DNA of 64,000 nucleotides from Acidobacteriota bacterium (GTDB lineage: Bacteria > Acidobacteriota > Vicinamibacteria > Vicinamibacterales > JAKQTR01). The translations under genes were made by a program, and so were the position numbers. Below are positions 26,190 through 34,634 of this stretch, in pieces; the stretch's first letter is position 1, and every line of letters starts with the position of its first letter. The notes under the pieces are model-generated. The model saw only the letters and a list, made by a program, of their open reading frames with translations. It ran no database searches and was not told where the DNA came from. The stretch is taken from NCBI GenBank assembly GCA_026393755.1, contig JAPKZO010000032.1, positions 151,342 through 215,341 on the forward strand. The letters run 5' to 3'.

Positions 26190-28577
26190 CTACCGCGACA
26201 TCAGGTAGATGCTCACAAATGCAAACACGCCGAACAACATGACGAGCGCGTAGTTCTGAATCAGCCCGGTCTGGAGGCGGCGGAACACGAAGCTCCCCTC
26301 TTCCAGCACGGCCCCGACGAAGTTCACCAGACCATCGACGACGTACTGATCGATGACGTGCGAGAACCGCGACCACAACATGGTCATCCAGCCCGTGCCG
26401 TTGACGGCACCGTCGACCACCTGCGCGTCGAACACCCACAAGCCACGGGCCGACGCCATTGTGCCGGCAATCGCCGTGGCGGCGTAGAACTCGTCCACGT
26501 AGTACTTGTTGGAGAGCACGCGATGAGCGCCCGCCCACCGTTGGGCCAGCCGGTCGGCAATCTCGGGCGCCCGCACGTAGAAGCGATACGCGACCATGAT
26601 GCCGATGACGCCCATCAGAACCGAGACCGCCATCAGGCCCATCTCGCCCCACCACGAGATGTGCGGCTCGCCTTCACCCTCGACTGCTGCAGCATGTGCA
26701 GCGGTAGCCGCTTCACCATGCGATTCGACCGTGGATGCAGGTGCGCCCTTCGATCCGCCTTCGCCCCCTTCGGGGGCCGCGGCGTGACTGGCCGTTCCGG
26801 CCAGCTCCGCGGTGGTTGCGGGCTTGCTCAGGGTTCTCGCTTCGTTCGTGGCGGATGCCGTCGCGTGTTCCGCCCCGACCGCCTGGGCCACGAAACTCGG
26901 CTCGAGGAAGTGCTCGATGTCGTTGTTGCCGTTGAGCGCCGCCGGCACGCCCACGAAGCCCGCGAGGAGCGCGCCCACCGCCAGGATCATGAGCGGAATG
27001 GTCATCGACTTCGGCGACTCGTGCGGCCCGTGCCATCCGCCTTCGCCGTGTCCACCAGTGCCGTGACCGGCTACGGCGTGACCGTGGGTTCCACCGCCGC
27101 CGTGGCTGTCGTCAGCGGCGTGGCCCGCCCCATGGCCGGCTGACGCCACCGGGCCGTGGCCCGTGGTGGTGCGTCCATGGCCGCCCGCTTCCTCGAACGC
27201 CGGGCCGCGGTACGTCCCGAAGAACGTCATCGACATCAGGCGATACATGTAGAACGCCGTCATCAGGGCCGTGACCACCGCGACGCCCCAGATGATTCTG
27301 TTGCTCTGGTACGCCCGGAACAGGATCTCGTCCTTGCTGAAGAACCCGGAGAGCGGCGGGATGCCCGCGATCGCCAGCGTGCCGATGAGCATCGTCACGT
27401 ACGTCACCGGGAGGTACTTCTTCAGCCCGCCCATGTGCCGCATGTCCTGCTGGCCGGCCATTGCGTGGATGACCGATCCCGAACAGAGGAAGAGCAGCGC
27501 CTTGAAGAACGCGTGCGTCATCAGGTGGAACGCGCCGGCCGCGTACGCCCCGACGCCCATGGCCAGGAACATGAAGCCGAGCTGCGACACGGTCGAATAC
27601 GCGAGCACCCGCTTGATGTCGTTCTGGACGAGGCCGATGGTCGCCGCCATGAACGCGGTGGCCACGCCGATAATCGCCACGATCTGCATCGTTTCCGGCG
27701 AATGCGAGAAGAGCACGGCGTTGCGGCCCACCATATACACGCCGGCCGTGACCATCGTCGCCGCGTGGATCAGGGCGGAGACCGGCGTCGGGCCTTCCAT
27801 CGCGTCGGGCAACCAGACGTACAGCGGAATCTGGGCCGACTTGCCGGTGGCCCCGATAAACAGGAGCAGCGTGATGAGCGACAGCGTGCCAAACCCGGCG
27901 CTCTCGACGGGCATCGACCCGGCCGCATTCGCCACGGCGCGGAAATCCAGCGTGCCGAACACCGAGAAGATGAGGAATATCCCGAGGATGAAGCCCCAGT
28001 CTCCGATGCGGTTGACGATAAAGGCTTTCTTACCGGCGTCAGATGCGCTCTTCTTCTCGTAGTAATAGCCGATCAAGAGGTACGAACAGAGCCCCACGCC
28101 CTCCCACCCGACGAACATCACGACGAAGTTGTCGCCGAGCACGAGCATCAGCATGAAGAACACGAAGAGGTTGAGGTATGTGAAGAAGCGCGCGTAGGCG
28201 CCTCTCGACTCTCCGTGCATGTAGCCGACCGAATAGACGTGGATCAGGAACCCGATCCCGGTGACCACGAGGATCATCATCGCGGAGAGCGGGTCGAGCC
28301 GGAATCCCCAGGGAATGCTGAAGCTGCCGATCGTGCCGTCTCGCAGCTGCAGGGGCAGCGCGGAGATCCAGGTCAGCGGGCGCACGACGTACTCGCGCGC
28401 CTCGGGCCCGAGCGTGAGCAATTCGAAGAAGGCGTAGAACGACAGTGCCAGCGCGCCGGCCATCGTCGCACACGCCAGCAGGCCCGCCGCGCGCTTGCTG
28501 AAGTAGCGCACGCCGACGACGCCATTGACGAGGGCGCCAAACGCGGGCAACAGAGGAATCAGCCAGATCAGGTGCAT
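26190..28577 (-). CDS. nuoL: NADH-quinone oxidoreductase subunit L (795 aa, unusually long)
   Basis: MHLIWLIPLLPAFGALVNG start 5 nt after the nuoK stop. Canonical antiporter-like core (WLPDAMEGPTPVSALIHAATMVTAGVY), an HESP motif and a C-terminal lateral-helix region. Confidence 0.92.
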   Translation of the reverse strand: MHLIWLIPLLPAFGALVNGVVGVRYFSKRAAGLLACATMAGALALSFYAFFELLTLGPEAREYVVRPLTWISALPLQLRDGTIGSFSIPWGFRLDPLSAMMILVVTGIGFLIHVYSVGYMHGESRGAYARFFTYLNLFVFFMLMLVLGDNFVVMFVGWEGVGLCSYLLIGYYYEKKSASDAGKKAFIVNRIGDWGFILGIFLIFSVFGTLDFRAVANAAGSMPVESAGFGTLSLITLLLFIGATGKSAQIPLYVWLPDAMEGPTPVSALIHAATMVTAGVYMVGRNAVLFSHSPETMQIVAIIGVATAFMAATIGLVQNDIKRVLAYSTVSQLGFMFLAMGVGAYAAGAFHLMTHAFFKALLFLCSGSVIHAMAGQQDMRHMGGLKKYLPVTYVTMLIGTLAIAGIPPLSGFFSKDEILFRAYQSNRIIWGVAVVTALMTAFYMYRLMSMTFFGTYRGPAFEEAGGHGRTTTGHGPVASAGHGAGHAADDSHGGGGTHGHAVAGHGTGGHGEGGWHGPHESPKSMTIPLMILAVGALLAGFVGVPAALNGNNDIEHFLEPSFVAQAVGAEHATASATNEARTLSKPATTAELAGTASHAAAPEGGEGGSKGAPASTVESHGEAATAAHAAAVEGEGEPHISWWGEMGLMAVSVLMGVIGIMVAYRFYVRAPEIADRLAQRWAGAHRVLSNKYYVDEFYAATAIAGTMASARGLWVFDAQVVDGAVNGTGWMTMLWSRFSHVIDQYVVDGLVNFVGAVLEEGSFVFRRLQTGLIQNYALVMLFGVFAFVSIYLMSR

Positions 28578-28582
28578 ACCAC

Positions 28583-28885
28583 TCACCACCGCATCAGGTT
28601 CATCTCGTCGATGTTGATGGTTTCCTTGTTGCGGTAGAACGCGAGGATGATGCCCAGGCCCACCGCGGCCTCGGCCGCCGCCACGCAGATGACGAACACG
28701 GCGAAGACCTGCCCGGTCACGTCTCCAAGTTGCCGCGAGAATGCGATCAGGTTGATGTTCACCGCATTGAGCATCAACTCCATCGACATGAGAATGATGA
28801 TGATGTTGCGGCGCGTCATCACGCCGACGACGCCGAGCATGAAGAGCGCCGCCGAGAGCACCAGGTAATGTGTCTGCGTAACCAT
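28583..28885 (-). CDS. nuoK: NADH-quinone oxidoreductase subunit K
   Basis: 100 aa: [48 protein letters not shown]. It is the last part of the long 28583-30337 ORF. SD AGAGGA. Confidence 0.92.
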   Translation of the reverse strand: MVTQTHYLVLSAALFMLGVVGVMTRRNIIIILMSMELMLNAVNINLIAFSRQLGDVTGQVFAVFVICVAAAEAAVGLGIILAFYRNKETINIDEMNLMRW

Positions 28886-28893
28886 CTGATCCT

Positions 28894-29394
28894 CTACTGC
28901 TGCCGCTTGGCCAGCACGATGGCGCCAATCATCGCCACCAGCAACAGCACCGACGCCACCTCGAACGGCACCAGGTAGTCGGTGTACAGGGCGCGGCCAA
29001 CCTGCTCGATGTTCTTGGCGTCCAGCGTTCCCCCGAAGCCCGACGGCTTGAGCCATCCATAGGCGCCAATCGCCATGAGTTCCGCGAACACGGCCAGCGC
29101 CATCACCAGGCCCAGCCGGCCGAGCCGGCGCGGATCGACGTGCAGCTCGGGCGGGCGCTTCAGGTTCACCAGCATCACCACGAACAGGTACAGGACGACG
29201 ATGCCGCCGGCGTAGACCATCACCTGGATGACGGCCAGGAACGGAGCCTCCAGCACCACGTACAGCGCCGCGACGCACAGGAAATCGGCCACCAGAAACA
29301 GCACGCTGTGCACGGTGCTCTTCGCCGTGATGACGAGCACGGCGAATCCGAGTATCAGCGCGGCGAAGATGTAGAACACAACGGCTTCGGCCAT
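28894..29394 (-). CDS. nuoJ: NADH-quinone oxidoreductase subunit J
   Basis: Contains [24 protein letters not shown]. 166 aa. Confidence 0.9.
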   Translation of the reverse strand: MAEAVVFYIFAALILGFAVLVITAKSTVHSVLFLVADFLCVAALYVVLEAPFLAVIQVMVYAGGIVVLYLFVVMLVNLKRPPELHVDPRRLGRLGLVMALAVFAELMAIGAYGWLKPSGFGGTLDAKNIEQVGRALYTDYLVPFEVASVLLLVAMIGAIVLAKRQQ

Positions 29395-29412
29395 AGTTCT
29401 CCGCGAGGGGCG

Positions 29413-30441
29413 CTATCGGTTCAGCAGCACCTTCAAGAAGCCGGTCACCACCACGTTCAGGATGGCCAGCGGAATCAGCCACTTCCAGCCCAGTCGCATC
29501 AGCTGGTCGTACCGGTAGCGCGGGTACGTCGCGCGCACCCACAGGAAGACGTACAGGAAGAGGAACGTCTTCAAGCAGAACCAGATCCAGCCCGGCACGA
29601 TCCCGAGCCACCACAGCCACGACACGTTCGGGAACGGCTGCAGCCAGCCGCCGAAAAACAGCGTCGTCGCCACCGCCGACACCACGATCATGTTCGCGTA
29701 TTCGGCCAGGAAGAAGAACGCGAACCGCATCCCGGAATACTCGGTGTGGAAGCCGGCCACCAGTTCCTGCTCGGCTTCCGGCAGGTCGAACGGCGCGCGG
29801 TTGGTCTCGGCCAGCCCGCCGACACAGTAGATGAAGAACGCGACCGGCTGCATGAACGCGAACCACATCCCCGCCTTCGCCTGCGCGGCCACAATCCCCA
29901 CCATACTCAGGGTGCCCGCCAGCATGATGACCGTGACCAGCGTCATCGTCACCGCGATCTCGTAGCTGATGAGCTGGGCGGACGCCCGCAGGCTGGCAAT
30001 CAGCGGATACTTGCTGTTCGACGACCAGCCGCCGAGGATGATGCCGTAGATCCCGAGCGAGGCCACCGAGACGATGTAGAGCATGCCGACGTTCACGTCG
30101 GCGATGCGGCCAGAAATCGGCAGCCCGAACAGCTTCATCTCGTTCGACGCGAACGGGATGACGGCAAACGCGATGAGCGCCGGCACCAGCACCATGATCG
30201 GCGCCGCCGTGAACACCCACTTGTCGGCCATCACCGGCGTGATGTCTTCCTTGACGAACAGCTTCAGCACATCGGCCAGCGGCTGCAGGATGCCGTGCGG
30301 CCCTACGCGCATCGGGCCGAGCCGCACCTGCACCCACGCCTGCACCTTGCGCTCGAGTAGGACGATGTACATCACCGTCGCCAGCACCGCCGCCAGGACG
30401 ATGACAATCTTGATGAGCGGGAAAACGACGGCTTCAGTCAT
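29413..30441 (-). CDS. nuoH: NADH-quinone oxidoreductase subunit H
   Basis: Contains [40 protein letters not shown] and [23 protein letters not shown]. Confidence 0.93.
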   Translation of the reverse strand: MTEAVVFPLIKIVIVLAAVLATVMYIVLLERKVQAWVQVRLGPMRVGPHGILQPLADVLKLFVKEDITPVMADKWVFTAAPIMVLVPALIAFAVIPFASNEMKLFGLPISGRIADVNVGMLYIVSVASLGIYGIILGGWSSNSKYPLIASLRASAQLISYEIAVTMTLVTVIMLAGTLSMVGIVAAQAKAGMWFAFMQPVAFFIYCVGGLAETNRAPFDLPEAEQELVAGFHTEYSGMRFAFFFLAEYANMIVVSAVATTLFFGGWLQPFPNVSWLWWLGIVPGWIWFCLKTFLFLYVFLWVRATYPRYRYDQLMRLGWKWLIPLAILNVVVTGFLKVLLNR

Positions 30442-30454
30442 GGGTCGTGATTAC

Positions 30455-31594
30455 CTACCGATCCACCTCGCCAAGCACGATGTCGATGGTGCCAATAAGC
30501 GCCACGACATCGGCAATCAGGTGGCCCCTCACCAGCTGCCGGAGCGCCTGCAGATTGCAGAACGACGGCGGCCTGACCCGGAACCGGTACGGGCTGACCG
30601 ACTTGCCGTCGCTCACGATGAAGTACCCGAGCTCGCCCTTCGGCGCTTCGATCGCGTGATAGGTCTCGCCCGCCGGGGGCTTGATCAGGCGCGGCACCTT
30701 GCCCATCACCGGCCCCTCGGGAAGCCCCTCGACCGCCTGGCGGATGATCCGCAACGACTGGCGGAACTCCTCGAGGCGGACCAGGTAGCGATCATACGTG
30801 TCGCCCTTGACCCCGATGGGAATGTCGAAATCCATCTCCGCGTAGGCGGCGTACGGCTCGTCCTTCCGGACGTCGCGCACCACACCCGACGCGCGCAGGG
30901 GCGGACCGCACATCCCGATGGCAATCGCGTCGGCCGCCGAAATGACGCCGACGTTGATGGTGCGCTCCATCCAGATCCGGTTGCTCGTCAGCAACTGCTC
31001 GTACTCGGGCAGCTTCTGCTCCTGGATCTCGCAGAACCGCAGCACCTTCTTGTCCCAGCCCTCCGGCACGTCGGCCGGCTGGCCGCCGATGCGCATGCAG
31101 TTGTACGTCAGCCGCGCGCCGCAGTACTCCTCGAACAGGTCGAGCACCAGTTCGCGTTCCCGCAATCCGTAGAGCAGCACGGTCAGCGCGCCGATGTCGG
31201 CGGCGTGCGTGCCCAGCCAGAGCAGATGGCTCGCGACGCGCTGAAGCTCGGAAAGGATCGTGCGGATGTACTTCGCCCGGCGCGGCACCTCGAGCGACAT
31301 CAACTTCTCAACCGTCTCGACGTAGCCAAGGTTGTTGGTCGCCGCCGCGCAGTAATCCATCCGGTCCGTAATCAGGACAATCTGCGTCCAGTCCCGGTTC
31401 TCGCAGAGCTTCTCGACGCCGCGGTGCAGGTAGCCGATGACGGCGTCACAATCGACGACCTTCTCGCCGTCGAGCTTCAGCACAAGCCGCAGCACGCCAT
31501 GCGTGCTGGGGTGCTGGGGCCCCATATTGATGACCAGTTCGTCGGTGTCGAACATCGGGCGGGCGGGTTCTCGCTGCATGGTCACGGTGCTCAC
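30455..31594 (-). CDS. nuoD: NADH-quinone oxidoreductase subunit D
   Basis: Contains [35 protein letters not shown] and the C-terminal [31 protein letters not shown] overlap with the nuoC stop. Confidence 0.93.
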   Translation of the reverse strand: MSTVTMQREPARPMFDTDELVINMGPQHPSTHGVLRLVLKLDGEKVVDCDAVIGYLHRGVEKLCENRDWTQIVLITDRMDYCAAATNNLGYVETVEKLMSLEVPRRAKYIRTILSELQRVASHLLWLGTHAADIGALTVLLYGLRERELVLDLFEEYCGARLTYNCMRIGGQPADVPEGWDKKVLRFCEIQEQKLPEYEQLLTSNRIWMERTINVGVISAADAIAIGMCGPPLRASGVVRDVRKDEPYAAYAEMDFDIPIGVKGDTYDRYLVRLEEFRQSLRIIRQAVEGLPEGPVMGKVPRLIKPPAGETYHAIEAPKGELGYFIVSDGKSVSPYRFRVRPPSFCNLQALRQLVRGHLIADVVALIGTIDIVLGEVDR

Positions 31595-32172
31595 TCGATG
31601 TCGGCCTCAACCGCCGTCTGCCTTGCCTTCAACCAGTCCTGCGGGTTCTCCATCAGGAGCTCACCAGGTCCCTCTAGCGGGTAGTCCTTGCGCTGCGGAT
31701 GCCCCTGCCAGTCGAGCGGCATCAGAATCCGCCGGAGATCCGGATGCCCGGTAAACGGCACGCCGAACATGTCGTACACCTCGCGCTCCAGCCAGTTCGC
31801 GGCGGGCCACAGACCGGTCACCGACGGCACGGATTCGCCATCCGCCAGGTGCACCTTGACGCGCAGCCGATGCCGCAGCCCGATCGAGTAGAAGCTCAGG
31901 ATCAGATCAAACCTCTTGCCGGGCCGGGCCGGCCAATCGCTCGCCGTCAGATCGGACAGGTAGTTGAACTCGCACTCGGGCGCATCGCGCAGGAAGGCCG
32001 CCACGTCCAGCAGCCGGTCGGCAGCCACGACGACCGACCAATCGCCGACCCAGAAACTCACCTGTTCGACCGCACCCGGCAGGCCGGCCTGTAGAGCCGC
32101 GATGAAGGGCGGCATCGCCATCTCGGCTGGCGGCGCCTGATCGGGCGGCATCTTTACAATTTCTTCGGACAT
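31591..32172 (-). CDS. nuoC: NADH-quinone oxidoreductase subunit C
   Basis: Contains [37 protein letters not shown] at 32172 preceded by GGAGAG. Confidence 0.9.
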   Translation of the reverse strand: MSEEIVKMPPDQAPPAEMAMPPFIAALQAGLPGAVEQVSFWVGDWSVVVAADRLLDVAAFLRDAPECEFNYLSDLTASDWPARPGKRFDLILSFYSIGLRHRLRVKVHLADGESVPSVTGLWPAANWLEREVYDMFGVPFTGHPDLRRILMPLDWQGHPQRKDYPLEGPGELLMENPQDWLKARQTAVEADIE

Positions 32173-32185
32173 TACCGCTCTCCGA

Positions 32186-32566
32186 CTACGCCCATTCCAA
32201 GGCGCCCTCACGCCAGGCATAAACATACCCGACCACGAGGATGAACAGAAACACCATCATCTCGATGAATCCAAACCACAACAGCGAATCCATGATGACG
32301 GCATAGGGATAGAGGAACACCGTCTCCACGTCGAAGATCAGGAACAGCATGGCCACCATGAAGTACCGCACGCTGTAGCGGTCACGCGCGTCGGTCTTCG
32401 GCTCGATCCCGCACTCGTACGGATCGAGCTTGACCTTGCCCGCCCGGTGCGGCGCAACGAGTCGGGCCACCAGCAGGGTGCCCACCCCAAACGCAATCGC
32501 GACCAGGATGTAGATGAGAATCGGAATCCACGCGTTGACCATCGACGTATCACCCGGGAGGGACAA
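32186..32566 (-). CDS. nuoA: NADH-quinone oxidoreductase subunit A
   Basis: Contains YECGIEPKTDARDRYSVRYFMVAMLFLIFDVETVFLYP. The start may instead be the ATG at 32542 (MVNAW); the listed start is TTG. Confidence 0.9.
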   Translation of the reverse strand: MSLPGDTSMVNAWIPILIYILVAIAFGVGTLLVARLVAPHRAGKVKLDPYECGIEPKTDARDRYSVRYFMVAMLFLIFDVETVFLYPYAVIMDSLLWFGFIEMMVFLFILVVGYVYAWREGALEWA

Positions 32567-32662
32567 CAGGAACGCCAGCCTCTCGCACCGGCGCGTTCAA
32601 CACCACAGCCCACGGGTTATAACACGCGCCTCAAAGATCGGTCAAGAAGGCCAAGTGGCGTG

Positions 32663-32692
32663 CTGACAATCATTTCGAGCTTTCGCTATACT
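32663..32692 (+). promoter_or_regulatory. candidate sigma70-type promoter for the VWA gene pair
   Basis: CTGACA-N18-TATACT, 37 nt upstream of the GTG start at 32730, in the 163-bp divergent nuoA/VWA intergenic region. Confidence 0.4.
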
Positions 32693-32729
32693 GATTAACG
32701 AGCCTGCCTCCAACAAGGATGAATGAGCC

Positions 32730-33647
32730 GTGAACCTGACGCTGCTGCGCGCGCCTCGTCGGCTGGTGTTTCCCGTTCTGACGCTTGCGTTGTTCACCGC
32801 ACTTCTCCCCGGCCGTGCGGCCGCTCAGGCGCTCGAACGCGACATCTTCGTATCCGTACTTGATCGCTCAGATAAACCGGTGCCGAATCTCGGACCGCGC
32901 GATTTCGCCATCCGCGAGGATGGCCGCCTGCGCGAGGTCCTGAGAGTGCGCCGGGCGACCGAGCCGATTGATCTGGCGGTGCTGGTCGACACCAGCGCGG
33001 CCGCCGGAGCACAAATCAGCGATTTGCGTCTCGGGCTCGAGGCGTTCGTCAGAAGAATGCTCCCGCAGGCGCACATCGCGCTGGTTGAGTTCGGCGAGCG
33101 CCCCCATGTGCTGACCGATTACACGAGCAACGCCGCACTGCTGGCGCAGGGCGTCGGGCGGATCTTCTCGATTGCGGGGTCCGGCGCCTACGCACTCGAC
33201 GCGATCGTTGACACGCTGAACGGGATGAAGAAACGAGAGGCCGAGCGATCGGCGATCCTCGTCGTCTGGCTGGGCGGCTATGAATTCAGCAACCTGGCGT
33301 ACAGCCGCGTACTGGACTTGCTTGCCGAACAGGGCCCGGCGCTTCACGTGCTCACGGTCTCGGCTGGCGTTCCCCCCGACATGATGACGGTCGACGGGCA
33401 GAGCCGCGAACACGTGTTTGACGCCGGCACACGCACGAGCGGAGGCAGCCGGCGGAACGTGCAGTCGTCGATGGCCATCCAGGACGCGCTGGGTCGGGTC
33501 GCGACAGAACTGCTCTCGCAGTACCGCGTCACCTATGCGAGACCGCAGATGCTGATTCCACCCGAAACGATCGACGTGCGTGCGACCAGATCCGGTCTGA
33601 CCGCACGCGGCACGCCGGTCCGGGTCAAGACGAGTCCACCCAGGTGA
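32730..33647 (+). CDS. secreted VWA domain protein (Acidobacteria-type VWFA-related family, recalled as TIGR03436)
   Basis: Signal peptide followed by FVSVLDRSDKPVPNLGPRDFAIREDGRLREV...LAVLVDTSAA, the hallmark N-terminal region of this family. Confidence 0.8.
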   Translation: MNLTLLRAPRRLVFPVLTLALFTALLPGRAAAQALERDIFVSVLDRSDKPVPNLGPRDFAIREDGRLREVLRVRRATEPIDLAVLVDTSAAAGAQISDLRLGLEAFVRRMLPQAHIALVEFGERPHVLTDYTSNAALLAQGVGRIFSIAGSGAYALDAIVDTLNGMKKREAERSAILVVWLGGYEFSNLAYSRVLDLLAEQGPALHVLTVSAGVPPDMMTVDGQSREHVFDAGTRTSGGSRRNVQSSMAIQDALGRVATELLSQYRVTYARPQMLIPPETIDVRATRSGLTARGTPVRVKTSPPR

Positions 33648-34594
33648 TGTTCCGATCACGAACGGTCGCCCTGGCCCTGGTGCTGGCCGCGGCCGCATCG
33701 GTGGTTCTCGCCGGGCGGCCGACGCCGCAGGGCAACACGCCGTTACAAAGCGGGGCGTTCCGCAGCGGCGTCGACGTCGTCGCACTCAACGTGACCGTCA
33801 CCGATGCCGCCGGACGATACGTCATGGATCTGTCCCGGGACAACTTCTTCGTCTACGAGGATGGCACCAGACAGGACGTCACCTTCTTCAGCCGCACCAG
33901 CCTGCCGCTCGCCATCTCCCTGCTGGTCGATACAAGCGCCAGCATGGAAGACAAGATGGCGACGGTCCGCGCGGCAGCCACCGGATTCGTCGCGCGCCTT
34001 CGGCCCGAAGATCGGACGCAGCTCATCGAGTTCGACAGCCGCGTCAATGTCCTGCTGCCGTTCACCAGCGCTCATCCGGATCTGAATCGCGCCATCGCGT
34101 CGCTCGAGACCGGCGGGTCGACCGCGCTCTACAACGCGGTCTACATCTCGCTCAAGGAACTCAAGAAGAACCAGGCGCGCAGTGCCGACGAACTCCGGCG
34201 CCAGGCCATCGTGCTGCTGACCGACGGCGAGGATACGTCGAGCCTGGTTCCGTTTGAGGAAGTCCTCGAGCAGACGAAGCGGTCCGAAACCGCGGTCTAT
34301 GCCATCGGCCTGCGCGCGCAGGATTCGAATATCGGCAAGGAACACAGCGAGGCGGAGTACGTCCTCCGCCAGATCACCAGCCAGACTGGGGGCCGCGTGT
34401 TCTTTCCCGAGACGGTTGCGGACCTTCCCGGCATCTACAACCAGATCTGGCAGGAGCTCTCGAGCCAGTACCTGGTGGGCTACTCGTCGAAGAATCCTCG
34501 CCGGAACGGCGCGTGGCGCCAGGTGGTCGTCCGCGTCGAGCGCCCAGGCACGACGTCGAGGACCCGGCAAGGCTACTACGGGCCTTCGCTCTGA
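33647..34594 (+). CDS. secreted VWA domain protein (same family, tandem paralogue)
   Basis: Contains VALNVTVTDAAGRYVMDLSRDNFFVYEDGTRQDVTFF...ISLLVDTSASMEDKM (MIDAS DxSxS). Start overlaps the previous stop (GTGATG). Confidence 0.8.
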   Translation: MFRSRTVALALVLAAAASVVLAGRPTPQGNTPLQSGAFRSGVDVVALNVTVTDAAGRYVMDLSRDNFFVYEDGTRQDVTFFSRTSLPLAISLLVDTSASMEDKMATVRAAATGFVARLRPEDRTQLIEFDSRVNVLLPFTSAHPDLNRAIASLETGGSTALYNAVYISLKELKKNQARSADELRRQAIVLLTDGEDTSSLVPFEEVLEQTKRSETAVYAIGLRAQDSNIGKEHSEAEYVLRQITSQTGGRVFFPETVADLPGIYNQIWQELSSQYLVGYSSKNPRRNGAWRQVVVRVERPGTTSRTRQGYYGPSL

Positions 34595-34634
34595 TATGCT
34601 ACGTTCGCCTGGCCGGCAGCCGGGCAGGTGTCCC

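Noticed and set aside
24903-27143. 746-aa plus-strand ORF (also 27156-28637, 29140-30360 and 30083-31684), all antisense to nuo genes
   Set aside because: The translations are Arg/His/Asp/Gly/Pro-rich low-complexity strings typical of the antisense frame in GC-rich DNA. The opposite strand encodes unmistakable NuoM/L/J/H/D.
28583-30337. 584-aa minus-strand ORF from the track
   Set aside because: Only its last 100 codons (nuoK) are real. The rest is an alternative frame over nuoJ/nuoH, both of which are clearly encoded in other frames.
34254-34634. N-terminal 127 codons of the 640-aa ORF upstream of cobA-hemD
   Set aside because: This part overlaps the 3' end of the second VWA gene in another frame and is Arg/Ser/Ala noise. 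The recognisable methyltransferase begins at the ATG at 34635.
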